Shown: positions 41,006-51,146 of the stretch, piece by piece
Layout of the letters: each line of letters starts with the position of its first letter
How positions within the stretch are numbered: the first letter of the stretch is position 1
Assembly: GCA_965203315.1 (NCBI GenBank)
Contig: OZ241857.1
Coordinates: 1,728,001 to 1,792,000, forward strand
DNA: 64,000 nt
Direction: 5' to 3'
Source: Nitrosopumilus sp.
Lineage (GTDB): Archaea > Thermoproteota > Nitrososphaeria > Nitrososphaerales > Nitrosopumilaceae
Position numbers and translations under genes: made by a program
The notes under the pieces: model-generated
Told to the model about the DNA's origin: nothing
What the model saw: the letters and a program-made list of their open reading frames with translations, nothing else
Database searches by the model: none

Positions 41006-41257
41006 ATGAATCTATTTCGAATAATAGGTTGTGGACTAGTATCTTTATCAATCTATTTTCTATGGCAGTATGTGCTAATCTTGTTCTTCTTGCTATATGA
41101 TGTTTTAAATCTCTTTATCGGTGATGTGAATCTCAGTATAGAGTTTATTGGCGGTATTTCCATTTTTGATAATTTGTTTGGACTCTTGATTGGAATTCCT
41201 ATATTGTTTGCTGGCCTATACATATTCAAACATAGCCAATATGATCGATCAGACTGA
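41006..41257 (+). CDS. Small membrane protein
   Basis: Highly hydrophobic 83-aa ORF, low GC. Confidence 0.55.
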   Translation: MNLFRIIGCGLVSLSIYFLWQYVLILFFLLYDVLNLFIGDVNLSIEFIGGISIFDNLFGLLIGIPILFAGLYIFKHSQYDRSD

Positions 41258-41535
41258 TGACGTTCTTGTTACATTATGGGTTCTTTTAATTTGGCGGCGG
41301 TTAGAAATTGAAAAGTTTATCCATGAATTCTAAGTAATAATTCATATGCTGAGATGTAAAGTGATTAAGAACACATACGTAGTTCTTGTTTAATATACAT
41401 ATATAATAAGACAATCAAAAATGCATAACAATTCTAAGTATACAATCGATCAATATGATCACCTTCGCTATGAACTCATAATCTCTCACCATGCGCTCTA
41501 TGGAATAGTTGTTATATTGAGAGATCTAAAATTTA

Positions 41536-41829
41536 TTGTTGCAAAAGATTGAATATGATGCGCCAGTTTGGGTTTTAAACTATAACAATCCTGCTCCCCT
41601 CCTAGATCATGCTATACATATGCTAGAGCGGCATGGTGTAAAGCGTGAGGATATGGAGATTACAGAGACGCCGATTACCAAGGTAGGGGCAATCGTAGTT
41701 GAGATCTGGCCATACGAGCTGGTTGTTGGCAGAGTTCGTTCTGTACGTAATGATTCTTTCATAAGTGGAACCGAATTTACGATAGAGTTAAGACTAGATG
41801 AGAATGGAAACTATGTTGATTACCTTTGA
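41536..41829 (+). CDS. Hypothetical protein
   Basis: 97-aa ORF coupled to the next gene. Confidence 0.7.
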   Translation: MLQKIEYDAPVWVLNYNNPAPLLDHAIHMLERHGVKREDMEITETPITKVGAIVVEIWPYELVVGRVRSVRNDSFISGTEFTIELRLDENGNYVDYL

Positions 41830-42464
41830 AGCGTAAGATTCAAAATTTGCTAATTGGCGGTATTGCGATAGCAATAGTTGTTGCGATTATATCATACAAC
41901 TATTCGGTTGAGCAGACAAAACAGCGTGGCCTACAATTTGGAATTGAACTAGATCAGATCCAAAATGACATTAAAGATCTCCAGATAAGATTCTACTCTG
42001 AAAAGACAAAGTGGGAAGAAGGCGGTATTACAAAAGCAGATCTATTAGGCTATTATGACACACATTTGATCGAATTTCAATCAATAATATCTAGATACAA
42101 TGATCTCGATCCTCCTCCAACATTTGAATCTTCAGTCGATCTACTCAAACTCTCATCAGAGACGCAATTGAATAGCGATCTCGAGTTTGCGGAATGGATC
42201 AAGACAGATGATGTCGCGGCCAAGATACGTTCAGATACCAAACTCCAACAGTCTCTAAACTACGAACTGATGGGCCTAGTCGAGTTTTATGCAGCAAAGA
42301 CAGGCGTTACGGCACCACAGTCTGATGTGTTATCTGAGATTCGAGAGAAAGCAACTCAAGTATATGACGAGATGGTACTCAACTGTGATCTAATCTCATC
42401 TGAATTTGATAGAGATACTTGCATTATGGATGCGGAGAGATGGAGAGATATACACATTGGATAA
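41826..42464 (+). CDS. Membrane-anchored helical hypothetical protein
   Basis: N-terminal TM helix, 212 aa. Confidence 0.75.
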   Translation: MKRKIQNLLIGGIAIAIVVAIISYNYSVEQTKQRGLQFGIELDQIQNDIKDLQIRFYSEKTKWEEGGITKADLLGYYDTHLIEFQSIISRYNDLDPPPTFESSVDLLKLSSETQLNSDLEFAEWIKTDDVAAKIRSDTKLQQSLNYELMGLVEFYAAKTGVTAPQSDVLSEIREKATQVYDEMVLNCDLISSEFDRDTCIMDAERWRDIHIG

Positions 42465-42941
42465 TTACAACAGGCCAGATTCTTGTAATTGATTCATCAA
42501 AGATTCAAGTTGATTTATCAATTGATCCCGATCTAATGGCGTAGGTTGGGTAAATCTAACTGGGAATGTTATGGTTAACATGTCTTGATCAGTATGCGAT
42601 ATTCTAACTATGTGCTGTTCTTGTTTGATATTGGTAAAGAGTTCCATCCATCTCTTGATATGTAACTGTACTCGTTCAGTATTCTCTCTTACATAATCTA
42701 GTGATGCTTCAAGATCGGTATCAAATAGTTTAAATTTCACTAGCGGAACCATTATCAATCCTCCTGAAACTTTGTCTTGATTCTTTATCATCTTGGCAAT
42801 CATCTCTTCATAGTCTTCATTTGCAATGATGTCCCCATAATCTGGTTCAAAGTATCCTGCAATCCTCTTTTTTGAATCATATATTCTAAAGACATCTTCG
42901 TCGAGATCTAGCTTCCAAGACATAATCTCTTGTATGTTCAT
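42465..42941 (-). CDS. Hypothetical protein
   Basis: 158-aa ORF. Confidence 0.7.
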   Translation of the reverse strand: MNIQEIMSWKLDLDEDVFRIYDSKKRIAGYFEPDYGDIIANEDYEEMIAKMIKNQDKVSGGLIMVPLVKFKLFDTDLEASLDYVRENTERVQLHIKRWMELFTNIKQEQHIVRISHTDQDMLTITFPVRFTQPTPLDRDQLINQLESLMNQLQESGLL

Positions 42942-43033
42942 GTAGTTTGAATTTATTTGATACGCATCTTGATATATCTAAAATAGATCAATTGATGACA
43001 GTTAAATAAACTGAAATTATTTGGTACAATGTA

Positions 43034-43402
43034 ATGACAATCTCAAAAGAGACTCGTGAGTTTATCTCTAGTTTGATCGATTATTATGTCGAAGAGGCTG
43101 AGTCGTATAGACAGATTGCTGGCAACTTTTCAGAGATTGAATCCATCTCTGACACTGCATTTGGAATAATTATAGGATGTGTCTATTCAGGATTTCTCCA
43201 AGCATATCAGAGTCAACAACTCTCACCTGGACTCGAAGATATTAGAGAATTCAACAATATGATTCAAGAGCGTGCAACACTTATCAGACGAGCCATAGAT
43301 GCAGAATCAGTCGATGCCGAACCCACCGCCGGTGATCCTAGTAATCATATTGAACTAGATGACGCCATATCATCAGACAACAAAACCAAACAATCTGTCT
43401 GA
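43034..43402 (+). CDS. Hypothetical protein
   Basis: 122-aa ORF containing DTAFGIIIG. Confidence 0.72.
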   Translation: MTISKETREFISSLIDYYVEEAESYRQIAGNFSEIESISDTAFGIIIGCVYSGFLQAYQSQQLSPGLEDIREFNNMIQERATLIRRAIDAESVDAEPTAGDPSNHIELDDAISSDNKTKQSV

Positions 43403-43454
43403 TGTGATATTGAGGATTGTGAATGTTTAATACAAAGACATCGAATCTACAGAT

Positions 43455-43570
43455 GGAATATTTTCGATTTACATGGGATAACATTTCACAATGTTTTCCC
43501 ATAACTTTCCCTTGTAGAATATTGTAGTGTTTTCTGTAACCATCCTATCCAATGTGAACTGAAAAGATCC
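43455..43570. mobile_element. MITE family B copy
   Basis: ttttcgatttacatggga...ttgtagtgttttctgtaaccat...gaaaagatcc. Confidence 0.82.
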
Positions 43571-43896
43571 TACAGGTGAATGGATAAAAAAGATCGATTG
43601 TTGATTGGTGTTCTATCTGATCCATTTGATAGTAATTAAACTAGAAACATCAGCAAAGACTAATCGATGACGAAATAGATTTATCGAATTTATGCCCTGA
43701 TCATTAGATTAAACTGATGTAGAATGTGTTTCAGAATATCCATGTATGGCCCGCAAACTCATCTACAAATCCTAGAGTATGATTATTGCTCATCATCATC
43801 GAATCAAAAGAACTCTCTCTACATATCTGACTTGCAAAAAAAGTCTCGATATTGTATCAGATACAATTTAATCCGTGATGTATCGTACAATATATC

Positions 43897-43989
43897 ATGA
43901 ATGTGGACGGTAGCAAGGTGATATTTGGTCTGGGCGTGGCATCTGCTGTTGCAACTGCCGTAATAGCACTGTATTTTGCAATCCGTTAG
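43897..43989 (+). CDS. 30-aa single-TM microprotein candidate
   Basis: MNVDGSKVIFGLGVASAVATAVIALYFAIR; TATA-like tttaat about 25-30 nt upstream. Confidence 0.5.
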   Translation: MNVDGSKVIFGLGVASAVATAVIALYFAIR

Positions 43990-44018
43990 AGATAAATCAT
44001 ATATCGCTTGTCACACAA

Positions 44019-44336
44019 ATGATGTCTGATACAAACGAGTTCAAGATAACACAGATCGTTGATAATGGACAGATCGTACAGCTAACTCTTGTAGAGAATG
44101 TGTCTACTGAACCAATATCACAAAAGCAGTTGATGATCGATAACGTTTCCAAGAGGCTTGATGAGGATACAAAAGAACACGTCATGCCTTTGTTGGAGGC
44201 ACTCCTTCAGTCACAGCCAACAGTTAACGTAAAATCATATCAACAGACTCAAATCGTGATAACTACTCCCAAAGGAAGATATGATAGGATGGGACGCCCA
44301 CAAGTTGGTCAAACGATACAAATTAACATTAACTAA
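44019..44336 (+). CDS. Hypothetical protein (possibly arcadin-1-like)
   Basis: C-terminal [13 protein letters not shown] resembles that of 37158-37487. Confidence 0.65.
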   Translation: MMSDTNEFKITQIVDNGQIVQLTLVENVSTEPISQKQLMIDNVSKRLDEDTKEHVMPLLEALLQSQPTVNVKSYQQTQIVITTPKGRYDRMGRPQVGQTIQININ

Positions 44337-46354
44337 AGATTCTCTTCAATCTCTGATATTGTATGTAATGGAAGAGAACATGTAAAATTTTTACATACAA
44401 AGGTGGTAGTTTCTAAACTAAACTCTTTCCCAGCAAAGAATGGATATCTTGAGAGTTGCCCCAACCAAGCCTCGTCTGATACTGCAACCATTAATGAGTT
44501 TGGAAGATAACGCTTACAGAGTGTTGTATACATATCAGACTTGTCTGGATTAATTACAGTAATCTCTGTAAATCCTTGAAGATACATTCCAATTACGTTT
44601 AGTAAATATCCAAAAGCGAACGGATTCTCGGCAGCTGATTCTCCTTGCGCCTCGATCACATTTGTCACTATATCTTTATAATCATCTCTCTGTAAAATAT
44701 GCGCTAGTCGTAACAAGACATATGTTGCCACCGAATTCCCAGAAGGCAGTGATAAATCATGATCATTTTTTGGGCGTATTATCAACTGCTCATGATTCTT
44801 TGATGTCATAAAAAAGGTACAACTAGTCGGATCCCAGAAATCTTTTACCAGTGTATTGACAAGTAATTGGGACAATTCGAGATATTTTGGATCTGCTTTG
44901 ACTTCAAACAAGTCTAATAGAGCATTGGCAAAATATGCATAATCTTCAAGATATGCGTCGATCTTTGCAGTACCGTTTTTGTATGTACGTACTAGTCTGT
45001 GATTGTACAACATTTTAGTTGTGATAAACTCGACACACTTGATAGCTGTTGTCAAGTATGATGTCTGCTGTGATACACGATATCCTTTGACGAAGGCACT
45101 GATCATCAGCGCATTCCATGAAACCAGTGTTTTGTCATCAAGCCCTGGCATCGGACGTTTGGCCCTAGTTGCGAGTAACAGCTTTGAACATGTCGCAATC
45201 TTTGCTCTAACATCATCTACAGTAAAGCCAAAGTTGAACGCGACTGACGCGATATCGATATTGTTACATAATATGTTAGTCGATTCCCAATTTCCTCCAT
45301 CGCTTACATCATAATACATACAAAATAGATCTGCATCATTGCCTAGAATCTCTTTGATCTCTGACTTGGTCCAAACATAAAATTTGCCCTCTATGCCTTC
45401 CGAGTCTGCATCATATGCAGAGTAGAAACTTCCTTCTTGCGACGTCATCTCGTTTTGAACAAAGTCTAACGTACGTTGAGCAATATCTAGATAAAATGGA
45501 TCTTTTGTTATTTGATATGCCTCGATATAGTTTATTGGAATTAATGCATTATCGTACAACATCTTTTCAAAGTGAGGTACTAACCATTTTGCATCTGTTG
45601 AGTATCTGTGAAATCCCCCTCCTATTTGATCAAATATTCCTCCTTTGGCCATCTTGGTTAGTGTCTTTAATGCAAACTCTGTAAATCTAGTATGGCCAGT
45701 CATGTGTCCATATCGTAGTAGAAACGACACATTTGCTGTACTGGGAAACTTGGGAGCAGAACCAAAACCGCCGTAAACATGATCGCCCAACTGAAACAGA
45801 TTCATTGCAGCTTCGTCTAATAGTATCGGTTCTATCTTTGATTTCTTGTTGGGTTCTTTATTGTATAGTTTATCTACAAAGTTTTTTGCGGCGCGCTGTA
45901 CGTCACTTGGATTTTCTTTCCATGCTTGAGATACTTGTCTACAGACACTCTCAAATCCAGGTCGTCCATATGTATCCATGACTGGAAAATATGTTCCAAC
46001 ATAAAACGGTGCTTGATCTGGGGTTAGAAATATGCTTAATGGCCAACCTCCTTGACCAGTTGCCATCTGACATACTTTTTGATAAATATCGTCTATGTCT
46101 GGTCGTTCTTCTCTATCGACTTTGATATTTACAAAGTTTCCATTCATAAATTCTGCAATCGTATTATTCTCAAACGACTCATGTGCCATAACGTGACACC
46201 AATGACATGAACTATATCCTATACTTAGAAAGATTGGCTTGTTCTCATCTCTAGCTCTTTGTAGTGCTTTATCAGACCATGGATGCCAGTCTACTGGATT
46301 TTCTGCATGTTGTAATAGGTAAGGGCTTGTCTCATTTGCGAGATGGTTTGTCAT
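44333..46354 (-). CDS. YyaL/SPATA20 (DUF255) thioredoxin-domain protein
   Basis: [40 protein letters not shown]. Confidence 0.94.
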   Translation of the reverse strand: MTNHLANETSPYLLQHAENPVDWHPWSDKALQRARDENKPIFLSIGYSSCHWCHVMAHESFENNTIAEFMNGNFVNIKVDREERPDIDDIYQKVCQMATGQGGWPLSIFLTPDQAPFYVGTYFPVMDTYGRPGFESVCRQVSQAWKENPSDVQRAAKNFVDKLYNKEPNKKSKIEPILLDEAAMNLFQLGDHVYGGFGSAPKFPSTANVSFLLRYGHMTGHTRFTEFALKTLTKMAKGGIFDQIGGGFHRYSTDAKWLVPHFEKMLYDNALIPINYIEAYQITKDPFYLDIAQRTLDFVQNEMTSQEGSFYSAYDADSEGIEGKFYVWTKSEIKEILGNDADLFCMYYDVSDGGNWESTNILCNNIDIASVAFNFGFTVDDVRAKIATCSKLLLATRAKRPMPGLDDKTLVSWNALMISAFVKGYRVSQQTSYLTTAIKCVEFITTKMLYNHRLVRTYKNGTAKIDAYLEDYAYFANALLDLFEVKADPKYLELSQLLVNTLVKDFWDPTSCTFFMTSKNHEQLIIRPKNDHDLSLPSGNSVATYVLLRLAHILQRDDYKDIVTNVIEAQGESAAENPFAFGYLLNVIGMYLQGFTEITVINPDKSDMYTTLCKRYLPNSLMVAVSDEAWLGQLSRYPFFAGKEFSLETTTFVCKNFTCSLPLHTISEIEENL

Positions 46355-46399
46355 ATATGAAAAGCATATTGGTTGAATATTTGTATCTAGGTATTAGAG

Positions 46400-46651
46400 T
46401 TATTCTGTATCTATTGTTCCGCCTTGACCATACAACACATGCATTGTGTATGTCTTTATGATATCGGGGTGACGACGTAGTCTCTTTACCATCTGCTCTA
46501 CTCCATTTGGATCTATTGTTGAGATTTTGAGAAAAATGTCGTACTTGCCCCAGATCCCATTTATCTCAACTATGTCTTTGACGCTCTTCAACTCATCGAT
46601 CAGCCTTGTCTCTGTTCCTGCGTTACAGTTGACTAGTATGTATGCTTGCAT
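46400..46651 (-). CDS. Lrp/AsnC ligand-binding domain protein
   Basis: AYILVNC..G.E...WGKYDI...T.TM. Confidence 0.88.
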   Translation of the reverse strand: MQAYILVNCNAGTETRLIDELKSVKDIVEINGIWGKYDIFLKISTIDPNGVEQMVKRLRRHPDIIKTYTMHVLYGQGGTIDTE

Positions 46652-46719
46652 ACATATACTTTGATTCCATAGTAGATAAATCTAATGTTCATGTCTTGCA
46701 TCTTATAAGGAGTCTCTAC

Positions 46720-46835
46720 GGATCTTTACGGTTCACGTGTGATGAATAATTGAAGAAAAAGCGCTACCCGACCCTACAAGTGGAAATTAGAAAAAAGCCT
46801 TGTGAAATGTTATCTCACGTAAATCGAAAAGATCC
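46720..46835. mobile_element. MITE family B copy
   Basis: GGATCTTTACGGTTCACGTG / CACGTAAATCGAAAAGATCC. Confidence 0.8.
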
Positions 46836-46975
46836 ATGTGATTCCAAATATCTAATGATCGTTGTCTCATCGTTTCTCATATTCACAAGCGACTCTAAAT
46901 CCAACGTTACTTGACACTAAATTCCATCATATTATTCTAGGGCCCCAGGTAGTTAATCGCCTAAAACAATAATCA

Positions 46976-47617
46976 CTAAATTAGAATATCTCTCTTTTCT
47001 GAAACAATCTGATGTTTCAAACTATCTGGTAGATCAGGTATGGTTGATTTAGTTTTGTTTGCGATAACATTCTGAGCTTCATCTAGTATGGCACGTGTCT
47101 CGGAATTCATGCCACTATCCATTGATATCGTTTGACCTTGTACAGAAGAGCTATCCATAATATCGCCTAACATGTTGGACAAGTCTTGCATCGATGCAGT
47201 AGCTGATGGTACTATTCCGTTCAACGATGGTCCTAAATTCTTGATAACTGCCATGCATGGACTAAGTGTTACTACAAGATCGCCAAACTCCGATATCGTC
47301 TCTAGTCTTACCTTCACTCGTTCTAGTGCGGTTTTAGCAGTACTCATCATATTGGCTACCTTTCGAACATGCGCCAACTCGTTAGCATATGCCTGAGCAG
47401 TTGCTGTATTGTCGTTCTTTCGTGCTTCCACAATCTTTGCAAAGTATAGTTCTTCTTTCTTCTTTAGTTTTATTCTGATCTCATCTAGTTTGTTTATCTT
47501 GCCATCTAACTCTGTCTGGGCAACATGAATCTTGTTCTTGAGTGGCGCATCAGGTTTTAGCATGCCTCTCATCTTGTCGGTTATGCTACTCTCTTCCTTA
47601 TTCCAAGACTTGATCAT
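46976..47617 (-). CDS. CdvB/ESCRT-III (Snf7) paralog
   Basis: A.AYANELA.VRK...ALERVKVRLETISEFGD...ILDEA. Confidence 0.88.
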   Translation of the reverse strand: MIKSWNKEESSITDKMRGMLKPDAPLKNKIHVAQTELDGKINKLDEIRIKLKKKEELYFAKIVEARKNDNTATAQAYANELAHVRKVANMMSTAKTALERVKVRLETISEFGDLVVTLSPCMAVIKNLGPSLNGIVPSATASMQDLSNMLGDIMDSSSVQGQTISMDSGMNSETRAILDEAQNVIANKTKSTIPDLPDSLKHQIVSEKRDILI

Positions 47618-47811
47618 AATGCTTCACTGTCTCTTATCAGCACTAGTTTAAAATCGATTTGTAACTCTGCCATCTGTCACTCTGGTAACAGACATCTCGG
47701 TTACACACTCTGAAGGCAAATCAAATGCTTACATCATGCATCAAGATGGTTTTTGATGATACTCTAGCATCCATGCCTGTGTTGTATTGATGTGTCGTCT
47801 CAAAAAACCGA

Positions 47812-47928
47812 GGATCTTTTCGATTTATGTGGGATTAGTATTTCGCAAGACTTTTTCCATAATTTTCACTCATAGAATCTTGTAGTGCTTTTTTTAACCG
47901 CTCTGTCCCACGTGGACCTAAAAGATCC
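47812..47928. mobile_element. MITE family B copy
   Basis: GGATCTTTTCGATTTATGTGGGA / TCCCACGTGGACCTAAAAGATCC. Confidence 0.87.
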
Positions 47929-47962
47929 AAAACCGATCCCTTAAATACTAATTTATTCAATA

Positions 47963-48880
47963 ATGATTATGGTGTTAGATGAAGAAACCAAGAAATTTGT
48001 GACAGATAATTTATCCGCGTTAAGTCTGTCACTAGAAAGACAGATCGATGTCTCTGGACAAGAACTTCGTAACTCTATTGATGCAATGAAACTACAGTAC
48101 AGTGAAGTTATAGCATCGTTAAAAGAACAGCTTGAGCACCTGAACGATAAAACTAATACACGCACAATATCACTAGAAAGACAGATCGATGTCTCTGGAC
48201 AAGAACTTCGTAACTCTATTGATACAATGAGACTACAGTACAGTGAAGTTATAGGATCGTTAAAAGAACAGTTTGAGCAATTGAATAAGGAAAGTCGTAC
48301 TTACATGAGATCACTAGAAAAGCAAATTGATCTATATAGGCATGAACTTAACCTATATGCTGACTCGTTGAAGCAACAATATAATCAAAGTGTGATATTG
48401 TTAGAAGAACTAATAAAAGCAAATAATAAAAAACTTTATGAAGATCTCGGAATTTGGAAAAAAGACATCAATAATAAAATTGCTGAAAACTCTAAACTTT
48501 TGAAACAAGAGCTACGACAAGAATTCAAAGACACTCTTGCTGAAAACTCTAAACTTTTGAAACAAGAGCTACGACAAGAATTCAAAGACACTCTTGCTGA
48601 AAACTCTAAACTTTTGAAACAAGAGCTACGACAAGAACTCAAAGACACTCTTGCTGAAAACTCTAAACTTTTGAAACAAGAGCTACGACAAGAACTCAAA
48701 GACACTCTTGCTGAAAACTCTAAACTTTTGAAACAAGAGCTACGACAAGAACTCAAAGATGAATTTAAAGCATTTAAAAAGGAATTATTTGTGATGCTCG
48801 AACCAATAATGAGTCTTCCTAAAGATGTTGCGCTGTTAAAGAAAGAAGTAAACATTCTTAAAAATAAGCAAGACAGTTAG
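47963..48880 (+). CDS. Coiled-coil tandem-repeat protein
   Basis: 47-aa repeats (141-bp period at 48029, 48170, 48311) and a 19-aa repeat x5. Confidence 0.8.
   Translation: MIMVLDEETKKFVTDNLSALSLSLERQIDVSGQELRNSIDAMKLQYSEVIASLKEQLEHLNDKTNTRTISLERQIDVSGQELRNSIDTMRLQYSEVIGSLKEQFEQLNKESRTYMRSLEKQIDLYRHELNLYADSLKQQYNQSVILLEELIKANNKKLYEDLGIWKKDINNKIAENSKLLKQELRQEFKDTLAENSKLLKQELRQEFKDTLAENSKLLKQELRQELKDTLAENSKLLKQELRQELKDTLAENSKLLKQELRQELKDEFKAFKKELFVMLEPIMSLPKDVALLKKEVNILKNKQDS
48481..48760 (+). repeat. 57-bp tandem repeat, about 5 copies
   Basis: Unit tgctgaaaactctaaacttttgaaacaagagctacgacaagaa(t/c)tcaaagacactct. Confidence 0.95.
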
Positions 48881-49091
48881 TAATAGTGTACACTTGAGGA
48901 GTTTCGCGAGTAATTCTTTTAGCTTGGATTGATAACGTTGTTAACCCTTGAAAAATTTACTGAAATATCCGAGTAGTGTACTCGTGTAATCTACTATCGT
49001 TTGATCTGTAAACACATGTTTTGGAGATCTATTGTTGTATGGTCTCAACTCTACTGGGCATCATTGGGTCTCAAACCTGAATGTGCACATC

Positions 49092-49325
49092 TTAGCTCCA
49101 GATACCCTTTCCTTCTTCTAGCTCGTATATTCGTACATTGATCTTTGTCAATAATTTCACTTTGGATTTGTGGGCTTTTTTATTGTGAGAATAATCTTTC
49201 TTCTCGATTAATACTTGTAGTCTATACAATTGATCAAGTGAGAGGCGTTTGAATCCGTCCTTTGAATCTGATATCTGCTCAAGTAACTCTACTCGTTCCT
49301 TATCTTCTTCTGTAATCATGTACAT
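49092..49325 (-). CDS. Hypothetical protein
   Basis: 77-aa charged helical ORF. Confidence 0.68.
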   Translation of the reverse strand: MYMITEEDKERVELLEQISDSKDGFKRLSLDQLYRLQVLIEKKDYSHNKKAHKSKVKLLTKINVRIYELEEGKGIWS

Positions 49326-49440
49326 ACTCTAAGCCATTGTTATTTATTTCTCTAGTGTGGAAACATTTCACAATTGCACGATGTAATCTGTATGGAATAT
49401 ATGAGGAGCAACACTCGCTCTTTAGATATGGAGATGTGGT

Positions 49441-49707
49441 ATGGTTAGTGAAGAAGAGATAATTAGTATAGCCAATCTGATGCGGATTGAGATTGATGAT
49501 CACAAAGAACATGTAGACAAGGTCTATGCAATGATGAACTATTTTGATATTCTTGACTCGGCTGGGGTTGAAAGTGATGAGCTTGTAATGCATGAGATGC
49601 CTGTAGAAGAGTTACGTACTGATGTGTACATACCATACGAGACAAAATTGATTACCAAATTAAAAAACTATAAAGGAAATTATATACGGGCGCCGTCGAT
49701 GTCCTAA
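49441..49707 (+). CDS. gatC: Asp/Glu-tRNA amidotransferase subunit C
   Basis: EEI..IANL.RI, YFDILD, LRTD; precedes gatA. Confidence 0.85.
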   Translation: MVSEEEIISIANLMRIEIDDHKEHVDKVYAMMNYFDILDSAGVESDELVMHEMPVEELRTDVYIPYETKLITKLKNYKGNYIRAPSMS

Positions 49708-51146
49708 TGAACCTCAAAATCTCAGCTCTGGACTACATACATTGTATACAACAAGGTGAATTTACCGTAGAAGATTTCATATCTGAAACAATTTATCACA
49801 TACAAGCAAAGGATGGTGATATACATGCAATGTTGTCTATAAACGATACAGCGATATCCAAAGCTAGAGAGATAGATAAAAAGATAAAGACGGGTGAAGA
49901 TGTAGGTGCATGTCTTGGTCTCCCAATATCAATAAAAGACAACATATGTGTCAAAGATAGTCCTACAACATGTGCTTCTATGATGTTGAAAGACTTTGTT
50001 GCACCATACGATGCTACTGTTGTGTCTAGACTTAGAGAACAAGATGCAATATTTGTTGGAAAGACAAATCTAGACGAGTTTGCAATGGGATTGACTACAG
50101 AGTTTAGTGCGTTTGGTCCGACCAAAAACCCGTGGCATGTCGATTATGTTCCCGGCGGTTCATCTGGAGGTAGCGCAGCAGCAGTTTGTGCATTTGAGTG
50201 TATTGCATCACTTGGTTCTGACACCGGTGGCTCTGTTAGAAATCCAGCTAGTTTCTGTTCTGTGGTTGGGTACAAACCTACCTATGGACTGTTGAGTCGG
50301 TACGGTTTGATATCTTATGCTAATAGTATAGAACAGATAGGTCCTATCACTAGAACTGTAAAAGATGCTGCATTTCTACTCAATATCATTGCAGGTTATG
50401 ACATCAATGACAACACTACAATTAATCACACTCAAGATTATTTGGAAGATATTGATCAGGGCATAAAAGGTAGAAAGATTGGTATCGTGAAAGAGATGTG
50501 CGATGGATGCGATCCTCGTGTGTCTCAAACGATAGACATTGCAATCGCAAAGCTGCAGTCTTGTGGAGCTATATGTGAATATGTATCATTAGATATGGTT
50601 CGTTACTCGGTTGCTGCATACTATGTCCTAACTGCTGCGGAGGCTGGAAGCAATCTAGCACGATATGACAACATTCGTTATGGATATGATTTTGGAGTTG
50701 AAGGATACGAGTTTAACTCGTATATCAAACAGGCGAGACGAAGATTTGGACCAGAAGTCACACGCAGGATGATACTTGGAGGATTTGTTCCGTCTGTTGG
50801 TTATAAAGGCAAGTATCTTCTAAAGGCACTCAAGATAAAGAAGAGACTTGAACAAGAGGTAAGTGATATCTTTAAACATTATGATCTATTGCTTGGTCCA
50901 ACTGTACCAATGCTGCCATTCCCTATAGGATCCAAAATTGATGACCCTGTAGAGTTGTTCAAAATAGATATCAATACAGTAACTGCTAACCTCACTAATA
51001 GGCCTGCTATATCTGTGCCTTGTGCTATCTGTGATGGACTTCCTGTTGGAATACAACTCATGGCCGACTCTCTACAAGACAAACTTTTATTGCGTGCTGC
51101 TCGCACGCTTGAAAAAACCACAAATCTACAGGAGGTACCCATATGA
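49707..51146 (+). CDS. gatA: Asp/Glu-tRNA amidotransferase subunit A
   Basis: IKDN, GKTNLDEFAMG, PGGSSGGS, GSDTGGSVR, SNLARYD. Confidence 0.96.
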   Translation: MNLKISALDYIHCIQQGEFTVEDFISETIYHIQAKDGDIHAMLSINDTAISKAREIDKKIKTGEDVGACLGLPISIKDNICVKDSPTTCASMMLKDFVAPYDATVVSRLREQDAIFVGKTNLDEFAMGLTTEFSAFGPTKNPWHVDYVPGGSSGGSAAAVCAFECIASLGSDTGGSVRNPASFCSVVGYKPTYGLLSRYGLISYANSIEQIGPITRTVKDAAFLLNIIAGYDINDNTTINHTQDYLEDIDQGIKGRKIGIVKEMCDGCDPRVSQTIDIAIAKLQSCGAICEYVSLDMVRYSVAAYYVLTAAEAGSNLARYDNIRYGYDFGVEGYEFNSYIKQARRRFGPEVTRRMILGGFVPSVGYKGKYLLKALKIKKRLEQEVSDIFKHYDLLLGPTVPMLPFPIGSKIDDPVELFKIDINTVTANLTNRPAISVPCAICDGLPVGIQLMADSLQDKLLLRAARTLEKTTNLQEVPI

